A DNA stretch of 64,000 nucleotides, taken from an uncultured candidate division Zixibacteria bacterium (GTDB lineage Bacteria; Zixibacteria; MSB-5A5; GN15; FEB-12). The stretch covers positions 1,440,001 to 1,504,000 of the forward strand of contig CAVTJJ010000004.1 in the NCBI GenBank assembly GCA_963735035.1, read 5' to 3'. The notes under the pieces were generated by a model. That model searched no databases. It was not told the origin of the DNA and saw only the letters and a program-made list of their open reading frames with translations. Below are positions 41,333 to 52,250 of the stretch, one piece after another. Positions within the stretch are counted from its first letter, which is position 1. The number at the start of each line of letters is the position of its first letter. The translations under genes and the position numbers were made by a program.

Positions 41333-41781
41333 AATGCCCTGAATGCGGACATGAAGAAGATAAGGTCGTCGACAGCCGGCCCCACCAGGACGGCCGCGCC
41401 ATCCGACGCCGTCGCGAATGCCTCCAGTGCGGCAAGCGGTATACCACGTTCGAATACATCGAAACCGGTTCGCTGACCGTGATCAAGTCGGACGACCGTC
41501 GCGAACAGTTCGACCGGAACAAACTCCTTCACGGCCTCAAGCTCGCCTGCAACAAGCGGCCGGTGACCTCGTTCGAGATCGACAACATGGTGGCCGAGAT
41601 CGAGGCCGAGCTGAACGCCACCGGCAAGAGCGAGATCCAGTCGAAAACTATCGGCGAGCTGGTCATGGCGCGGTTGAAGCTGGTGGATGATATCGCGTAC
41701 GTGCGGTTTGCGTCGGTCTATCGCAAGTTCGCCGACACGGCGGAATTCCTCGAAGAGATGAAGCGGCTGCTGGAGAAGTAG
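41329..41781 (+). CDS. nrdR: Transcriptional repressor NrdR
   Basis: MKCPEC, RRRREC, ATP-cone and AYVRFASVY. Confidence 0.97.
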   Translation: MKCPECGHEEDKVVDSRPHQDGRAIRRRRECLQCGKRYTTFEYIETGSLTVIKSDDRREQFDRNKLLHGLKLACNKRPVTSFEIDNMVAEIEAELNATGKSEIQSKTIGELVMARLKLVDDIAYVRFASVYRKFADTAEFLEEMKRLLEK

Positions 41782-42131
41782 CGGCGGGGGGGGAGGGTAG
41801 CGGACGAACAAAGTCAGGCTTCGACCCTTCGGCAAGCTCAGGGCTCAGCCTGACTTGAGGGTGGGCTGGATCTGTCTTGTGCGTGCATAGAGTATGGCCA
41901 AGTCCGTTTCGAACCCGCCAACAGCCTGCCACTCGCACCAAATGGCAGAATCACCCCGCCGAAACGTCGGGGGATTCTGCCCTACGAAGAAATACACATA
42001 CATCCCCACCATAAATGGTGGGCCACCCGCCGGCAGATGCGGATCCGCCGCGGCGGATCGGGTACCGGTTCTTGCGGTCGTTTACTCTCGCCGATTGACA
42101 ACACCCCGTCCTTAGGCCTATCTTCCGCCCC

Positions 42132-42890
42132 ATGACAACCCCGTCCGACCAGCCTACAGACCAACCAGAAGTCCTCCGAAGCTCCATGCCGTTTCTGGAG
42201 CATCTCGACGAGCTCCGTCGACGACTCCTCAAGGCGGCGGTGGGGGTCATTATCTGTGCCATTCTGGCCTTCTACTTCTCCGATCACATCATGCGCTTCC
42301 TGATGGCGCCGCTCAACGGCACCCCTCTGTACAACATGAAGGTGGTGGGCACTTTCTACGCCTACATGAAAGTGGCGCTGTTCACCGGTTTGCTGGCGTC
42401 GCTGCCGATCGTTTTCTATCAGATCTGGAATTTTGTCGCCCCCGGTCTCTACCGCAAAGAGAAGTCCGCTGTCGTGCCGATAGTGGTGGTTTCGACCTTT
42501 CTGTTTCTTCTCGGGGCCGCTTTCTGCTATTACCTGGCGCTGCCGATTGCCCTCAAATTCCTGCTCGGTTTCGCCGACGAGTTGATCACCAACTACATCA
42601 CCATCGACGACTACATAAGTTTTGTCGGGTTCCTGATGCTGGCTTTCGGGCTGTCGTTCGAATTGCCGGTGGTGGCCTATTTCCTGGGTAAGTTCGGACT
42701 GATTAAGTCGTCGATGCTGGCCAAGGGGCGGCGGTATGCTATCGTGATAATTCTCCTCATTGCGGCTGTCGTGACACCCACCCCGGACATATTTACCCAA
42801 CTTCTGCTGGCGGTTCCCATGTACGCGTTGTATGAAATCTCGATTATAGTGATCAAGATGACCGGAAAGCGGGAAAAACAGGCGGAGTAG
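42132..42890 (+). CDS. tatC: Twin-arginine translocase TatC
   Basis: MPFLEHLDELRRRL, FVAPGLY, FELP and TPTPD. Confidence 0.96.
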   Translation: MTTPSDQPTDQPEVLRSSMPFLEHLDELRRRLLKAAVGVIICAILAFYFSDHIMRFLMAPLNGTPLYNMKVVGTFYAYMKVALFTGLLASLPIVFYQIWNFVAPGLYRKEKSAVVPIVVVSTFLFLLGAAFCYYLALPIALKFLLGFADELITNYITIDDYISFVGFLMLAFGLSFELPVVAYFLGKFGLIKSSMLAKGRRYAIVIILLIAAVVTPTPDIFTQLLLAVPMYALYEISIIVIKMTGKREKQAE

Positions 42891-42906
42891 GCGTAGAATA
42901 GACCCG

Positions 42907-43512
42907 TTGGGCAGAACCCCCGACCGCACTTTCAAGTGCCCGGCAGATGCCCACATCTGCCGGCTCGTACAAATACCTCCGACTAGAGATTTTTGGGTGG
43001 TGTCAGGCGTCCCTGCTTGACGCAAGCAGGATACCGGCGGTCCACGGTCGGGCGGAGACGCCCGACCGCATATCGGGTGACCCACCCTACGGGTTGTGGT
43101 TGATTCTATCAGCACACACGATGCGCAAGCTTCGTCATTCCTGCGGAGGCAGGAACCCAGACAAGATAGCAGGGGATAGAGTGCTTGCAATGAAAGCTGT
43201 TGGTCGCGGAAGGATTCTATGGATCATCTCGTTTTCTTCTTGGCCATCTTGACTGGGCCCCTGCCTTCGCAGGGGTGACGGCCTTGCGGCCGTCGTCTAT
43301 TTTTGAAATCTCGCTTCCGTCGAAATTCGGATGACAGAACCCCCGCCCCTTGGGCGGGGTGGTTCTGCCACTCAAGAACATTGATGATTTTAGCGTAGCG
43401 AGCTTCGGTAGGTCGAATCCAGCCCGCTTCGGGCGGATTCGACAATGGGATTCCGAACGTGCGCAGGGAATTGTCGAAACCGTCCGCCAAGGGCGGCCTG
43501 GTTTCGACCTAC
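42907..43512. repeat. Mixed REP cluster between tatC and the tRNA
   Basis: GTGC REP (42936), CGTC pair (43133-43280), GTAGGTCGAA..TTCGAC inverted pair (43408, 43473). Confidence 0.85.
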
Positions 43513-43588
43513 GAACTGCTCCCAAATCGGCGTTTCCGGGCCCACTTGACTTTGAACTGGCCCCTCGTTACCTTACAAGTCGAACGAA

Positions 43589-43660
<72 letters not shown>

Positions 43661-43689
43661 TTTTTTTTGCCTGTGGAAGAATTACTGAA

Positions 43690-44973
43690 ATGAGAGTAAC
43701 CGAGATACATCCCAGTTCGCCTCTTTTTGGCCATGTCCGGCCTGGGTATACCCTTGTCTCGGTGAACGGTCACGAGGCTCTGGACGGGATCGATTTCCGG
43801 TTCCGGACCACCGACGAGAAGGTCGAGTTGGTCTTTGCCGATCTGTCGGGGGAGACTTCGGTGTTCCGTCTCGAAACTTCGCCGGGTGACGATCTCGGTT
43901 TGACGCTCGAAGACCCGCCGGTCAAGACGTGCCAGTGTAACTGCATTTTCTGTTTTGTGGTGCAGCAACCCAAGGGGATGCGGCGCTCGCTGTATGTCAA
44001 GGATGAAGACTATCGGCTCTCGTTCACGCACGGCAATTTCGTGACGATGTCGAACATGACCGACGATGATCTGAAGCGGATTGTCAAACAGCGGCTGTCG
44101 CCGTTGTACATTTCGGTTCATACCACCGACGACACGCTCCGTCGCTGCATGCTGCAAAACGAAAAGCTCGCGCCAATCTTGCCGCGCATCAAATACTTGA
44201 CCACGCGGGGAATCACGGTCCATACACAAGTAGTACTGTGCCCAGAGATCAACGACGGCGCCAGTCTGGATCAGACCATCGACCAGTTGTCGAAATTACA
44301 TCCGGGGGTCAGCAGTCTGGCGGTAGTGCCGGTTGGTCTGACCCGCTACCGCGACCGTCGACCAAAACTTCGCACCTATACGAACGACGAAGCGGCCGCA
44401 ATCATTGACCGAGTCGAGATGAGGCAGAGCGGATTCCTCAAGACTCTCGGCAGTCGGTTCGTTTGGGCGGCGGACGAATTCTATGTCCAGGCGGGGAGAC
44501 CGTTCCCGTCGGCCGCATCTTACGAAGAGATGACGCAGTTTGAAAACGGGGTCGGGATGGCAAGGGAGTTCATTGCGCGGTTCAACCGTCGTCGGACCAG
44601 ACTGGGCAAGCTAAGCACGCGCCGCCGGGCGATGTTTTTCACCGGCCACTCGGCCTATCCGTTCTGGCAATCACAACTATTGCCGTATATGAAGAAGCAG
44701 CTTCGGCTGAAGCTCGAAGTTGTCCCCGTGGACAACCGTTTTTGGGGTGACAAAGTAACCGTCTCTGGTCTGCTGACCGGACAGGACCTACTCAGAGAGG
44801 CCCGGTCGCACGAAAGCAAGTACGATGTCTGCGTCCTGCCGCCGAATTGCCTCAACCAGGATAATCTCTTCCTGGATAACCTGTCGCTCGACCAATTCCG
44901 TCGTACCCTTAGTAAGCAAGTAGTTGTCGGCGGATACAACCTGTCAGAAACCGTCCGGGAAGTATTCGCATGA
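43690..44973 (+). CDS. DUF512 family PDZ/radical-SAM-like Fe-S protein
   Basis: CQCNCIFC, SLYVKDEDYRLSF, QFENGVG and VTVSGLLTG; typical position upstream of der. Confidence 0.9.
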   Translation: MRVTEIHPSSPLFGHVRPGYTLVSVNGHEALDGIDFRFRTTDEKVELVFADLSGETSVFRLETSPGDDLGLTLEDPPVKTCQCNCIFCFVVQQPKGMRRSLYVKDEDYRLSFTHGNFVTMSNMTDDDLKRIVKQRLSPLYISVHTTDDTLRRCMLQNEKLAPILPRIKYLTTRGITVHTQVVLCPEINDGASLDQTIDQLSKLHPGVSSLAVVPVGLTRYRDRRPKLRTYTNDEAAAIIDRVEMRQSGFLKTLGSRFVWAADEFYVQAGRPFPSAASYEEMTQFENGVGMAREFIARFNRRRTRLGKLSTRRRAMFFTGHSAYPFWQSQLLPYMKKQLRLKLEVVPVDNRFWGDKVTVSGLLTGQDLLREARSHESKYDVCVLPPNCLNQDNLFLDNLSLDQFRRTLSKQVVVGGYNLSETVREVFA

Positions 44974-46281
44974 GTCTACCAATAGTAGCCATAGTAGGCC
45001 GACCGAATGTCGGCAAATCATCGCTCTTCAACCGCTTTCTAAAGAAGAAACTGGCGGTGGTTGATCCGATCTCAGGCGTAACGCGGGATCGCAACTATGC
45101 AACCTGTGATTGGAACGGACGCTACTTTCATCTGGTGGACACCGGCGGCATGGTGCCGGACACTCGCGACTCCATGGAAAAGGCCATTCTTGATCAATCG
45201 GAATTTGCCATTCACGAGGCCGATCTGGTGATGTTTGTAGTCGACATACAGGTGGGGGTGGATCATGTCGACGAACGGCTGGCGCGGATTCTTCAGAAGT
45301 CAGCCAAGCCGTGCATACTGGTGGCAAACAAAGCCGACGACGAAAATCTCGCGGCCCAAAGCTATGCGATGAGTCGTCTGGGGCTCGGCGATGCGTGGCC
45401 GGTCTCGGCGACAGCCGGGCTGGGGGTTGGTGAAATCCTGGACGAGATCGTCCAGAAACTCCCCGAAGTTCGCGCCGACGAAACCCCGGCGGAGGCCATC
45501 CGAGTCGCTGTGGTGGGGCGCCCGAATGTCGGCAAATCATCGTTCATCAACAAACTGATCGGCGAGCAACGGCTGATAGTTTCTCCCATGGCCGGGACCA
45601 CTCGCGATGCGGTCGATACGGCATTCGAGCACGATGGCCAGTCGTACGTGCTCATCGATACCGCCGGATTGCGGCGACATTACAAGGTTCAGGAGAACAT
45701 CGAGTTTTACACGAATCTTAGGGCCGAGCGAGCCATCGACGCCTGCAACGTGGCCGTGGTCTTGGTCGATGGCGGCCCAGGGGTTCACGGCTCAGGATCA
45801 ACGCGTGCTTGCCCAGGTGCTGGAAGCCCGGCGACCGGTGGTGATGGCGATCAACAAGTGGGATCTGGTCGAGAAGGACACGCATACGGCTGATCGTTTC
45901 TCGGAAGCGATCAAAACCGGACTGGCTAAGTTCTCATTCGTGCCGCTCATCTATATCTCAGCCTTGTCAGGTCAGCGGGTGTCTAAGGTACTGGAACTGG
46001 TCAAGAATGTCCACGCCGAGAACAACAAGCGGATATCGACCTCGGCGCTCAACGATTTTCTGCAGCGGGTCTTCGGCCAGCGTAAACCTCCGGCGAAGCA
46101 GGGAAAGTACATTCAGTTCAACTACGTCACTCAGACCGAAGTGGCGCCACCTACGTTCGTCTTCTTCACCAATCAACCCATGCTGGTGGACAAGAGCTAT
46201 CTCGGCTATCTGAACAACCAGCTTCGGGCTGAGTTCGGTTTCGAAGGTTCCCCGATCCGTATCAAGTGTCGGCGCAAGTAG
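44970..46281 (+). CDS. der: Ribosome biogenesis GTPase Der (EngA), +1 frameshift near 45771
   Basis: Two GRPNVGKS G domains; the second frame carries NKWD and the C-terminal KH-like domain. Confidence 0.93.
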
Positions 46282-46376
46282 CGCTCGACCGGTCCGTTCT
46301 CCGTCGTTTCGATAAATCAGCCTGGTGAGGGGTCACACCCGTCAACTGTATGGCGTATCTGTCGATACTCTGACAG

Positions 46377-47666
46377 ATGACGATTCTCGAACAGACCGCC
46401 GTGATCGAAGAGCTGGAGACCCGGCTCGAGGCGAAGAAGGCGCAGCTCCGCGATTTTGCCACCATGGGAGCGGTGGTGACATCGATTCTGGAGATGGACG
46501 CCGTCTTATCCGTGACTATCGATATGGGTATCCGTCTGGTGGACGGTGAGGTCGGTCTGATCCTCCTTGAAGAAGACGGCGAGCTGAAGACCAAAGCTTC
46601 AATGGGGGTCGGCGAACAGTTCGTAAAATCCCTTCAATATGAAGACGGTTTAGATATCGCCACCTACTGTTTCAAGCGACAGAGTCCGGTCATGCTATCC
46701 GAGCTCGAACTCGTCTCTGAAAACGGCATTCTGATACAATCGGTCCTGGCCTGTCCCATCCGCGCCCGCGACAAGTGTCTCGGCATCATGATCGTCATCA
46801 ACAAGTTCGGCGGGGGAGATTTCAAAGAAGAAGACCTCGAATCTCTGGGGATGTTGCTCAATTTCGTCTCGGTGGCAGTGGAAAACTCCTACCTGGTCAA
46901 GGACAAGTTGAAGCAACAGAAGATGGCCCAGGAGATGGTGATCGCCAAGCAGGTACAGGAAACGATGCTGGCCGCCAGGGTGGACCAGATTAGCGGGGCC
47001 GAAATCGGCGCCGTTTATTTTCCGGCGGGCGAAGTCGGCGGCGACTTCTACGACTTCCTAAAGCTGAGCGAATCCACGTTCATGGTGATTCTCGGCGACG
47101 TCTCCAACAAGGGAATTCCGGCGGCGCTGATCATGTCGGCTTGCTCGGGGGTCATCAAGTCCGTCCTCGACTATAATCCCGCCATTTCGGTTTCGGAGCT
47201 GGCGGCGACCGTCAATCGACTCATGGCCAATTCGATCATCAAGGAACGTGAGATGTTCGTGACCATGTTTTTCGCCCGGTTCGATCTAGAAGCTCACGAA
47301 TTGACTTACTGCAACGCCGGACACCTCCCCGGATTGTTCTGGAACGAAACCGCGCAAAGCATCGAAAGTCTCTCCGAAGGAGGCTCGATTGTCGGTCAGT
47401 TTAGCGAGGCAACTTACCGCCAGGGGCGACACTCGATCAAGTCGGATGACCGCCTCTTCTTGTTTACGGACGGATTGACCGAGGCGGCTGATGCCGAAAA
47501 ACGTCTCTTCGGACGCGAGCGCGCCGAGCAGGTATTCATAAGTGAGATTGATCTGGCCCCGAAAGAATTCTGTCACCGCGTTAAGGAATGGGTGGACAGG
47601 TTCTCCGAGGGGGCGGCTGAAGAAAGCCACGATGACTTCACTATCGTACAGATACGCGTGAAATGA
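46377..47666 (+). CDS. GAF + PP2C (SpoIIE/RsbU-like) phosphatase
   Basis: VGGDFYD, GDVSNKG, NAGH, FTDGLTE and DDFT. Confidence 0.92.
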   Translation: MTILEQTAVIEELETRLEAKKAQLRDFATMGAVVTSILEMDAVLSVTIDMGIRLVDGEVGLILLEEDGELKTKASMGVGEQFVKSLQYEDGLDIATYCFKRQSPVMLSELELVSENGILIQSVLACPIRARDKCLGIMIVINKFGGGDFKEEDLESLGMLLNFVSVAVENSYLVKDKLKQQKMAQEMVIAKQVQETMLAARVDQISGAEIGAVYFPAGEVGGDFYDFLKLSESTFMVILGDVSNKGIPAALIMSACSGVIKSVLDYNPAISVSELAATVNRLMANSIIKEREMFVTMFFARFDLEAHELTYCNAGHLPGLFWNETAQSIESLSEGGSIVGQFSEATYRQGRHSIKSDDRLFLFTDGLTEAADAEKRLFGRERAEQVFISEIDLAPKEFCHRVKEWVDRFSEGAAEESHDDFTIVQIRVK

Positions 47667-47669
47667 GTT

Positions 47670-48095
47670 ATGGCTAACTACGAATTTACATATCCGTCCA
47701 GCCGTCAGGCGAACGATATCGCCCTTGATGATCTGGATCGCTGCCTGGACGCGGAGCACGTCGAAGGCGCCATACGTCACGCGATAAGCCTGTGTGTTTC
47801 AGAGGCTTTTACCAACGCGGTGGTCCACGGCAACACGGAGAGTCCGACCAAGAAGGTCTTGTTAACGATAGAAGTTAATGAGCGTGAAGTTATTGCCGAT
47901 ATAACGGATCAAGGAAGTGGAGGGATGAGACGGATCAGTTCGAAGAAACCGGCTGCCGTCCAGGATGAGGGAGGCCGGGGCATTGATCTGATACGACACT
48001 TCGCCGACGCCTGCTACTTCAAAGAAACGGAGAGCGGCGCGTTGCGGGTTTCAATCCACTTTCAAAGATCCGACAAGAAAGAGTATACGACATAG
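47670..48095 (+). CDS. RsbW-like anti-sigma factor Ser kinase
   Basis: EAFTNAVVHGN, DQGSG and GGRGI. Confidence 0.88.
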   Translation: MANYEFTYPSSRQANDIALDDLDRCLDAEHVEGAIRHAISLCVSEAFTNAVVHGNTESPTKKVLLTIEVNEREVIADITDQGSGGMRRISSKKPAAVQDEGGRGIDLIRHFADACYFKETESGALRVSIHFQRSDKKEYTT

Positions 48096-48118
48096 TCAAT
48101 TGGGTTCAGGAGGAAAGA

Positions 48119-48469
48119 ATGGAAATCCAGATGCGCGAACAGGACAACGTGGCGGTGCTGTGTCTCAGCGGCCGGCTTGATCTGGCCAGCGGCGCCACGC
48201 TGAAAGAACACCTCAAACGCCTGTCGGAGAAGAACATCGTACAGGCACACTTGAATCTGGCCGAGGTTGAATTCATCAACAGTTCCGGCCTGGGAGCGCT
48301 GGTCTCTATAATGAAAGAGATTCGGCTTCAGAAAGGTCGTTTGACGCTCTCCAATCTGGCCAGCTACGTCCAAGAAATTTTTGAAATTACCCAGTTGTCT
48401 CACATTTTCGAAATCTATTCCACTGAGGAAGAGGCGCTGGCTACTTATCAGACCACGGTGGTTCGCTAG
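48119..48469 (+). CDS. STAS anti-sigma factor antagonist (RsbV-like)
   Basis: GRLD and FINSSGLGAL. Confidence 0.92.
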   Translation: MEIQMREQDNVAVLCLSGRLDLASGATLKEHLKRLSEKNIVQAHLNLAEVEFINSSGLGALVSIMKEIRLQKGRLTLSNLASYVQEIFEITQLSHIFEIYSTEEEALATYQTTVVR

Positions 48470-48496
48470 GACCGGGGGGTCCAGGAGGGGTCCTGA

Positions 48497-50407
48497 ATGA
48501 ACCAAGTCGCGGAGAAAATCGGCCAGCTGCTGATGCGGCTGCAGTCGCCTGATTCCGGTGAACGCGAGGAAGCGGTCCACGGGCTCGGCGCCAGCGAGGG
48601 CGATGAATCAATCGCCGGACTGGTGCTGGCCATGGAAGATCCCGATCTGGGGATCCGCGAAATTGCAGCCGGTTATCTGTGCAAGCGTAAGGTAGACACT
48701 ACCTCGCAGCTGCTCATTCGGTTTCTGGCTCATGACGACATCGGCACGCGCAACCTGGCCTCGGAAGTGCTTGTCAAGATCGGGGCCGAAGCGGTTCCCG
48801 CACTCATAGAGAATATCGAGGCCGACGACCACGACGTTCGCAAATTCATCGTCGACGTACTGGGGCTCATCAGTGATTCCAGGGCGGTCGACGCGCTTAA
48901 CCAGCGTCTGTGGGACGAAAACGTCAACGTAGCCTGTGCTGCGGCCGAAGCGCTTGGAAGAATCGGATCATCCCGCGCTGTTGAGCATCTCATCAAAGCC
49001 GCGGACAAGATTCCGGACGCCATATTGCCGGCTATCGAAGCGCTGGGCAAGATCCGCGATCCACGCTCGCTGGATTATCTCTATCGCCAGCTTGATTCGT
49101 CGGATCCAATGGTCGTTTTGGTGTCGATCGAGGCGATCGGCCAGATCGGTCAGGCCTCGTCGGTGGCAAGGCTGTCTTCTTACCTGGATTCTTCGGAGCG
49201 CACAACGGCTGAGTCGGCCATGGCGGCGATCATTACGATTACCCGCCACAACGAAGATCGCATCAATTTCGATTTGCCCCTCGACCGCTTTACGGACTTT
49301 CTGTTCGAGGGAATCAGAAACCGCGACAAGGCGATTACCGATTTTACTCTTTCGCGTCTCTCGCACTGGTATGGAAGCAAAGTCATCGCCGGCCTGCTTG
49401 ATGTCGTGGAAGTAGTCGAAGAAGAAGAATTGAAGCGAATCACGGAGATGCTGGTCGAAGTAGGACCGTCGGTGGCGACAATGATTATCGATCGGCTGCC
49501 GAAGTCGACCACGGCGCATCAGATTCGTCTTCTGGACATTCTGACGCATCTGGTGGATGAAGCATCGGCGACTACTCTTCTCCAGTATGCGCATCACGAG
49601 GATCCGGAAATTCGTCAACGAGTAGCCCACCTGTTGGGGGCGTCGGGTTTCTTTGGGGCCATCAAGACGCTCAAGGCGCTGGCGACGGATACCAACGGGC
49701 ACGTTCGCGCCGCGGCCTACGCTGCGCTGGGCTGGCTCTGTTCCGAAGAAGAAGCCGACTTCATCATGGGCGGACTGGATGACAAGTACTCCGATGTGCG
49801 CGAAGCGGCCGTCGGCGCCCTGGTCATTATCGGGGGACCGCGAGTGGTCGCCAAGCTGACCGCCGATCTCTACCACGAAGACACGGAGAGACAGCGACTG
49901 GCGGTAACATCGCTCGGCTGGATCGGTGAACACGAAGTGGTTGGGCCGTTGCTGAAGGCCATCAATCACCCTGACGCCAGCGTGCGCAAATCGGCCATTA
50001 ATTCGCTGATCAGAATCGGCAATGTACCCGACGTCGATCCGATCCTGCTCGCTCTCAGCGACGAGAACAGCGGCGTGCGCAAAGCAGCCGTCTCCGCTCT
50101 CTTGACTCTGCGCGGGGTGGAGTCAATCAAGGACGTCGTGGTTCTGCTGAACGATGACGACGTCTGGGTGCGCTATCATACCATAAGCTGCATCGGCGAG
50201 ATGGGCCGGTCGGAACTGGCCGATTATATTATCCCGTCACTTCAGGACGATCTCGATATCATCAAGCTGGCCGCCGCCAAGGCGCTGGCCCAGATGGGTT
50301 GTCGGGAAGCGGTTCCCATTCTGAGCGAGCTCAAAGACGACAAGAACCGGGACGTAGCTGACATCGCGGAACGAGCATTAGATAGTATTGGAGGCAAAAG
50401 AGCATGA
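48497..50407 (+). CDS. HEAT-repeat protein in the chemotaxis operon
   Basis: Many VRxxAxxAL repeats over 636 aa. Confidence 0.88.
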   Translation: MNQVAEKIGQLLMRLQSPDSGEREEAVHGLGASEGDESIAGLVLAMEDPDLGIREIAAGYLCKRKVDTTSQLLIRFLAHDDIGTRNLASEVLVKIGAEAVPALIENIEADDHDVRKFIVDVLGLISDSRAVDALNQRLWDENVNVACAAAEALGRIGSSRAVEHLIKAADKIPDAILPAIEALGKIRDPRSLDYLYRQLDSSDPMVVLVSIEAIGQIGQASSVARLSSYLDSSERTTAESAMAAIITITRHNEDRINFDLPLDRFTDFLFEGIRNRDKAITDFTLSRLSHWYGSKVIAGLLDVVEVVEEEELKRITEMLVEVGPSVATMIIDRLPKSTTAHQIRLLDILTHLVDEASATTLLQYAHHEDPEIRQRVAHLLGASGFFGAIKTLKALATDTNGHVRAAAYAALGWLCSEEEADFIMGGLDDKYSDVREAAVGALVIIGGPRVVAKLTADLYHEDTERQRLAVTSLGWIGEHEVVGPLLKAINHPDASVRKSAINSLIRIGNVPDVDPILLALSDENSGVRKAAVSALLTLRGVESIKDVVVLLNDDDVWVRYHTISCIGEMGRSELADYIIPSLQDDLDIIKLAAAKALAQMGCREAVPILSELKDDKNRDVADIAERALDSIGGKRA

Positions 50408-50778
50408 CCAGACCTTCCATCCTGGTGGTCGACGACGAGCTCCTGATTCGTGATCTGCTGTACGATTTCTTCACCGGCCAGGGCTGGGAGATTTCAGTGG
50501 CAGAGGACGGCGAAAAGGCGCTGGAAATGTCGAGAGCCCGCAAGTACGATGTGGTTCTGTCTGATATAAAGATGCCCGAAATGGACGGATTGACGCTGAC
50601 CGGTCACCTCCGGCAATCGCAGCCGCAATTGCCTATCGTCCTGATGACGGGCTTTCCGTCGGTGGACACCGCGGTCGCCGCATTACGTAACAAAGTAGAC
50701 GACTATGTGATTAAGCCGTTCAACATTAACCAACTGTACAAGCTGTTGGAAGCCACGGTGAAAAGCTGCCACGACTAG
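50404..50778 (+). CDS. Single-domain response regulator
   Basis: VVDDE, SDIKMP and KPF. Confidence 0.9.
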   Translation: MTRPSILVVDDELLIRDLLYDFFTGQGWEISVAEDGEKALEMSRARKYDVVLSDIKMPEMDGLTLTGHLRQSQPQLPIVLMTGFPSVDTAVAALRNKVDDYVIKPFNINQLYKLLEATVKSCHD

Positions 50779-50815
50779 CGGGGATGCGCAAAGGGGATCT
50801 TAAGAGGGGCGCTGT

Positions 50816-51814
50816 ATGGTTTCGGATGTCCAAAAAGGCCTTGAAATGACGCTCGAAGATTTTACGATGATCCGCGATTTCATTCATGAAAAGAGCGGCA
50901 TCTATTTTGCGGAAAATAAGATGTATCTGGTTCAGAACCGGCTGGAAAAACGCATGGCTGAACTGGACATGAAGAGCGTCCGCGATTATTTCTACCATGT
51001 CAAGTACGATGCATCGCAGAAGGAGTTCAATCGTCTTATGGTGCTGATGACGACTAATGAGACGAGCTTCTTCCGCAATGAGCCTCAATTGTTATGCTTC
51101 TCGGACGAGGTGCTCCCGTTGATTCTGCAGGAAAAGATGCAGATGCGGGGCCTGAAGACGCTTCGCATCTGGTCGGCCGGCTGTTCCACCGGTGAGGAGC
51201 CATATACGCTGGCCATGATCATCCTCGACCGGCTGAAAACAACGACCGGATGGAACATCGAAATCATCGCCAACGACATCTCCGAGGACGTTCTTCAGAA
51301 GGCTCGTCTGGGGAGCTATTCCGGAATCACCATGCGCAACGTCAGCCCGGATATGCTTACGCGCTACTTCATGAAAGCGGGGGACACTTATACGGTGAAA
51401 CCCGAAGTCAAGGCGATGGTGAAGTTTTCGCACATAAACCTGAATGATCCCCGCAAGATCGCTCTGGTGAACAATATGGACTGCGTGTTCTGTCGCAATG
51501 TCATGATCTATTTCTCGGACGAGGTCAAGCGGCAGATCGTGCGTGGGTTCTACGAGTCATTGGTCCCCGGTGGCTACTTCTATATCGGCCACTCGGAGAC
51601 GTTGCATGGAATTTCCAAGGCGTTCAAACTGGTCTATTTCAAGAACGCCCTGGTGTACAACAAGGACGCCGAGCGAGTCATGCCGGCGGGCGCCGGTGAA
51701 CCCGGAGTTGCTGTCGCCGTGACGGCGTCGGCCGGCCTGGCCGGAGCCGCCGGGGGCGCCGCCAGAGCCATGGACCTTTTGAGCAAGATTAAGCCGATGA
51801 CGCTTAAGAAATAG
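50816..51814 (+). CDS. cheR: Chemotaxis methyltransferase CheR
   Basis: TTNETSFFR, WSAGCSTGEEPY, FCRNVMIYF and GHSE. Confidence 0.95.
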   Translation: MVSDVQKGLEMTLEDFTMIRDFIHEKSGIYFAENKMYLVQNRLEKRMAELDMKSVRDYFYHVKYDASQKEFNRLMVLMTTNETSFFRNEPQLLCFSDEVLPLILQEKMQMRGLKTLRIWSAGCSTGEEPYTLAMIILDRLKTTTGWNIEIIANDISEDVLQKARLGSYSGITMRNVSPDMLTRYFMKAGDTYTVKPEVKAMVKFSHINLNDPRKIALVNNMDCVFCRNVMIYFSDEVKRQIVRGFYESLVPGGYFYIGHSETLHGISKAFKLVYFKNALVYNKDAERVMPAGAGEPGVAVAVTASAGLAGAAGGAARAMDLLSKIKPMTLKK

Positions 51815-51848
51815 AAAATGTGTATGCCAACGATACAGGGATGAGAAG

Positions 51849-52220
51849 ATGAGTCAGACGATACTTGTGGTCGATGATTCCCCAACCGTGATTAAGTTTC
51901 TGGCGTTTTCCCTGAAGAGCCAGGGCTATCAGGTTGTGTCCGCGTGCGACGGCATGGACGCTTTGGAAAAGATGTCGTCCTTGCCCAAGGAACCGGACCT
52001 GATCATAACCGACCTCAATATGCCCAACCTTGACGGCTACGGCCTGATAGAGACGGTAAGACAGAGTCGCCGCCAGGTGCCAATCATTATTCTGTCTTCG
52101 GAGCAGGACGCCGCGGACCGGGATCGGGGTATGGCGGTCGGCGCCAACGCCTATCTGGTCAAGCCGTTTAAGCCGGCGGTGCTTATCTCCGAGGTGGCGA
52201 AACAGTTAAAGAGTCAATGA
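51849..52220 (+). CDS. CheY-like response regulator
   Basis: VDDS, TDLNMP and KPF. Confidence 0.88.
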   Translation: MSQTILVVDDSPTVIKFLAFSLKSQGYQVVSACDGMDALEKMSSLPKEPDLIITDLNMPNLDGYGLIETVRQSRRQVPIIILSSEQDAADRDRGMAVGANAYLVKPFKPAVLISEVAKQLKSQ

Positions 52221-52250
52221 CGCAATTGCAATAGAAGAAGGAGATCGGCT

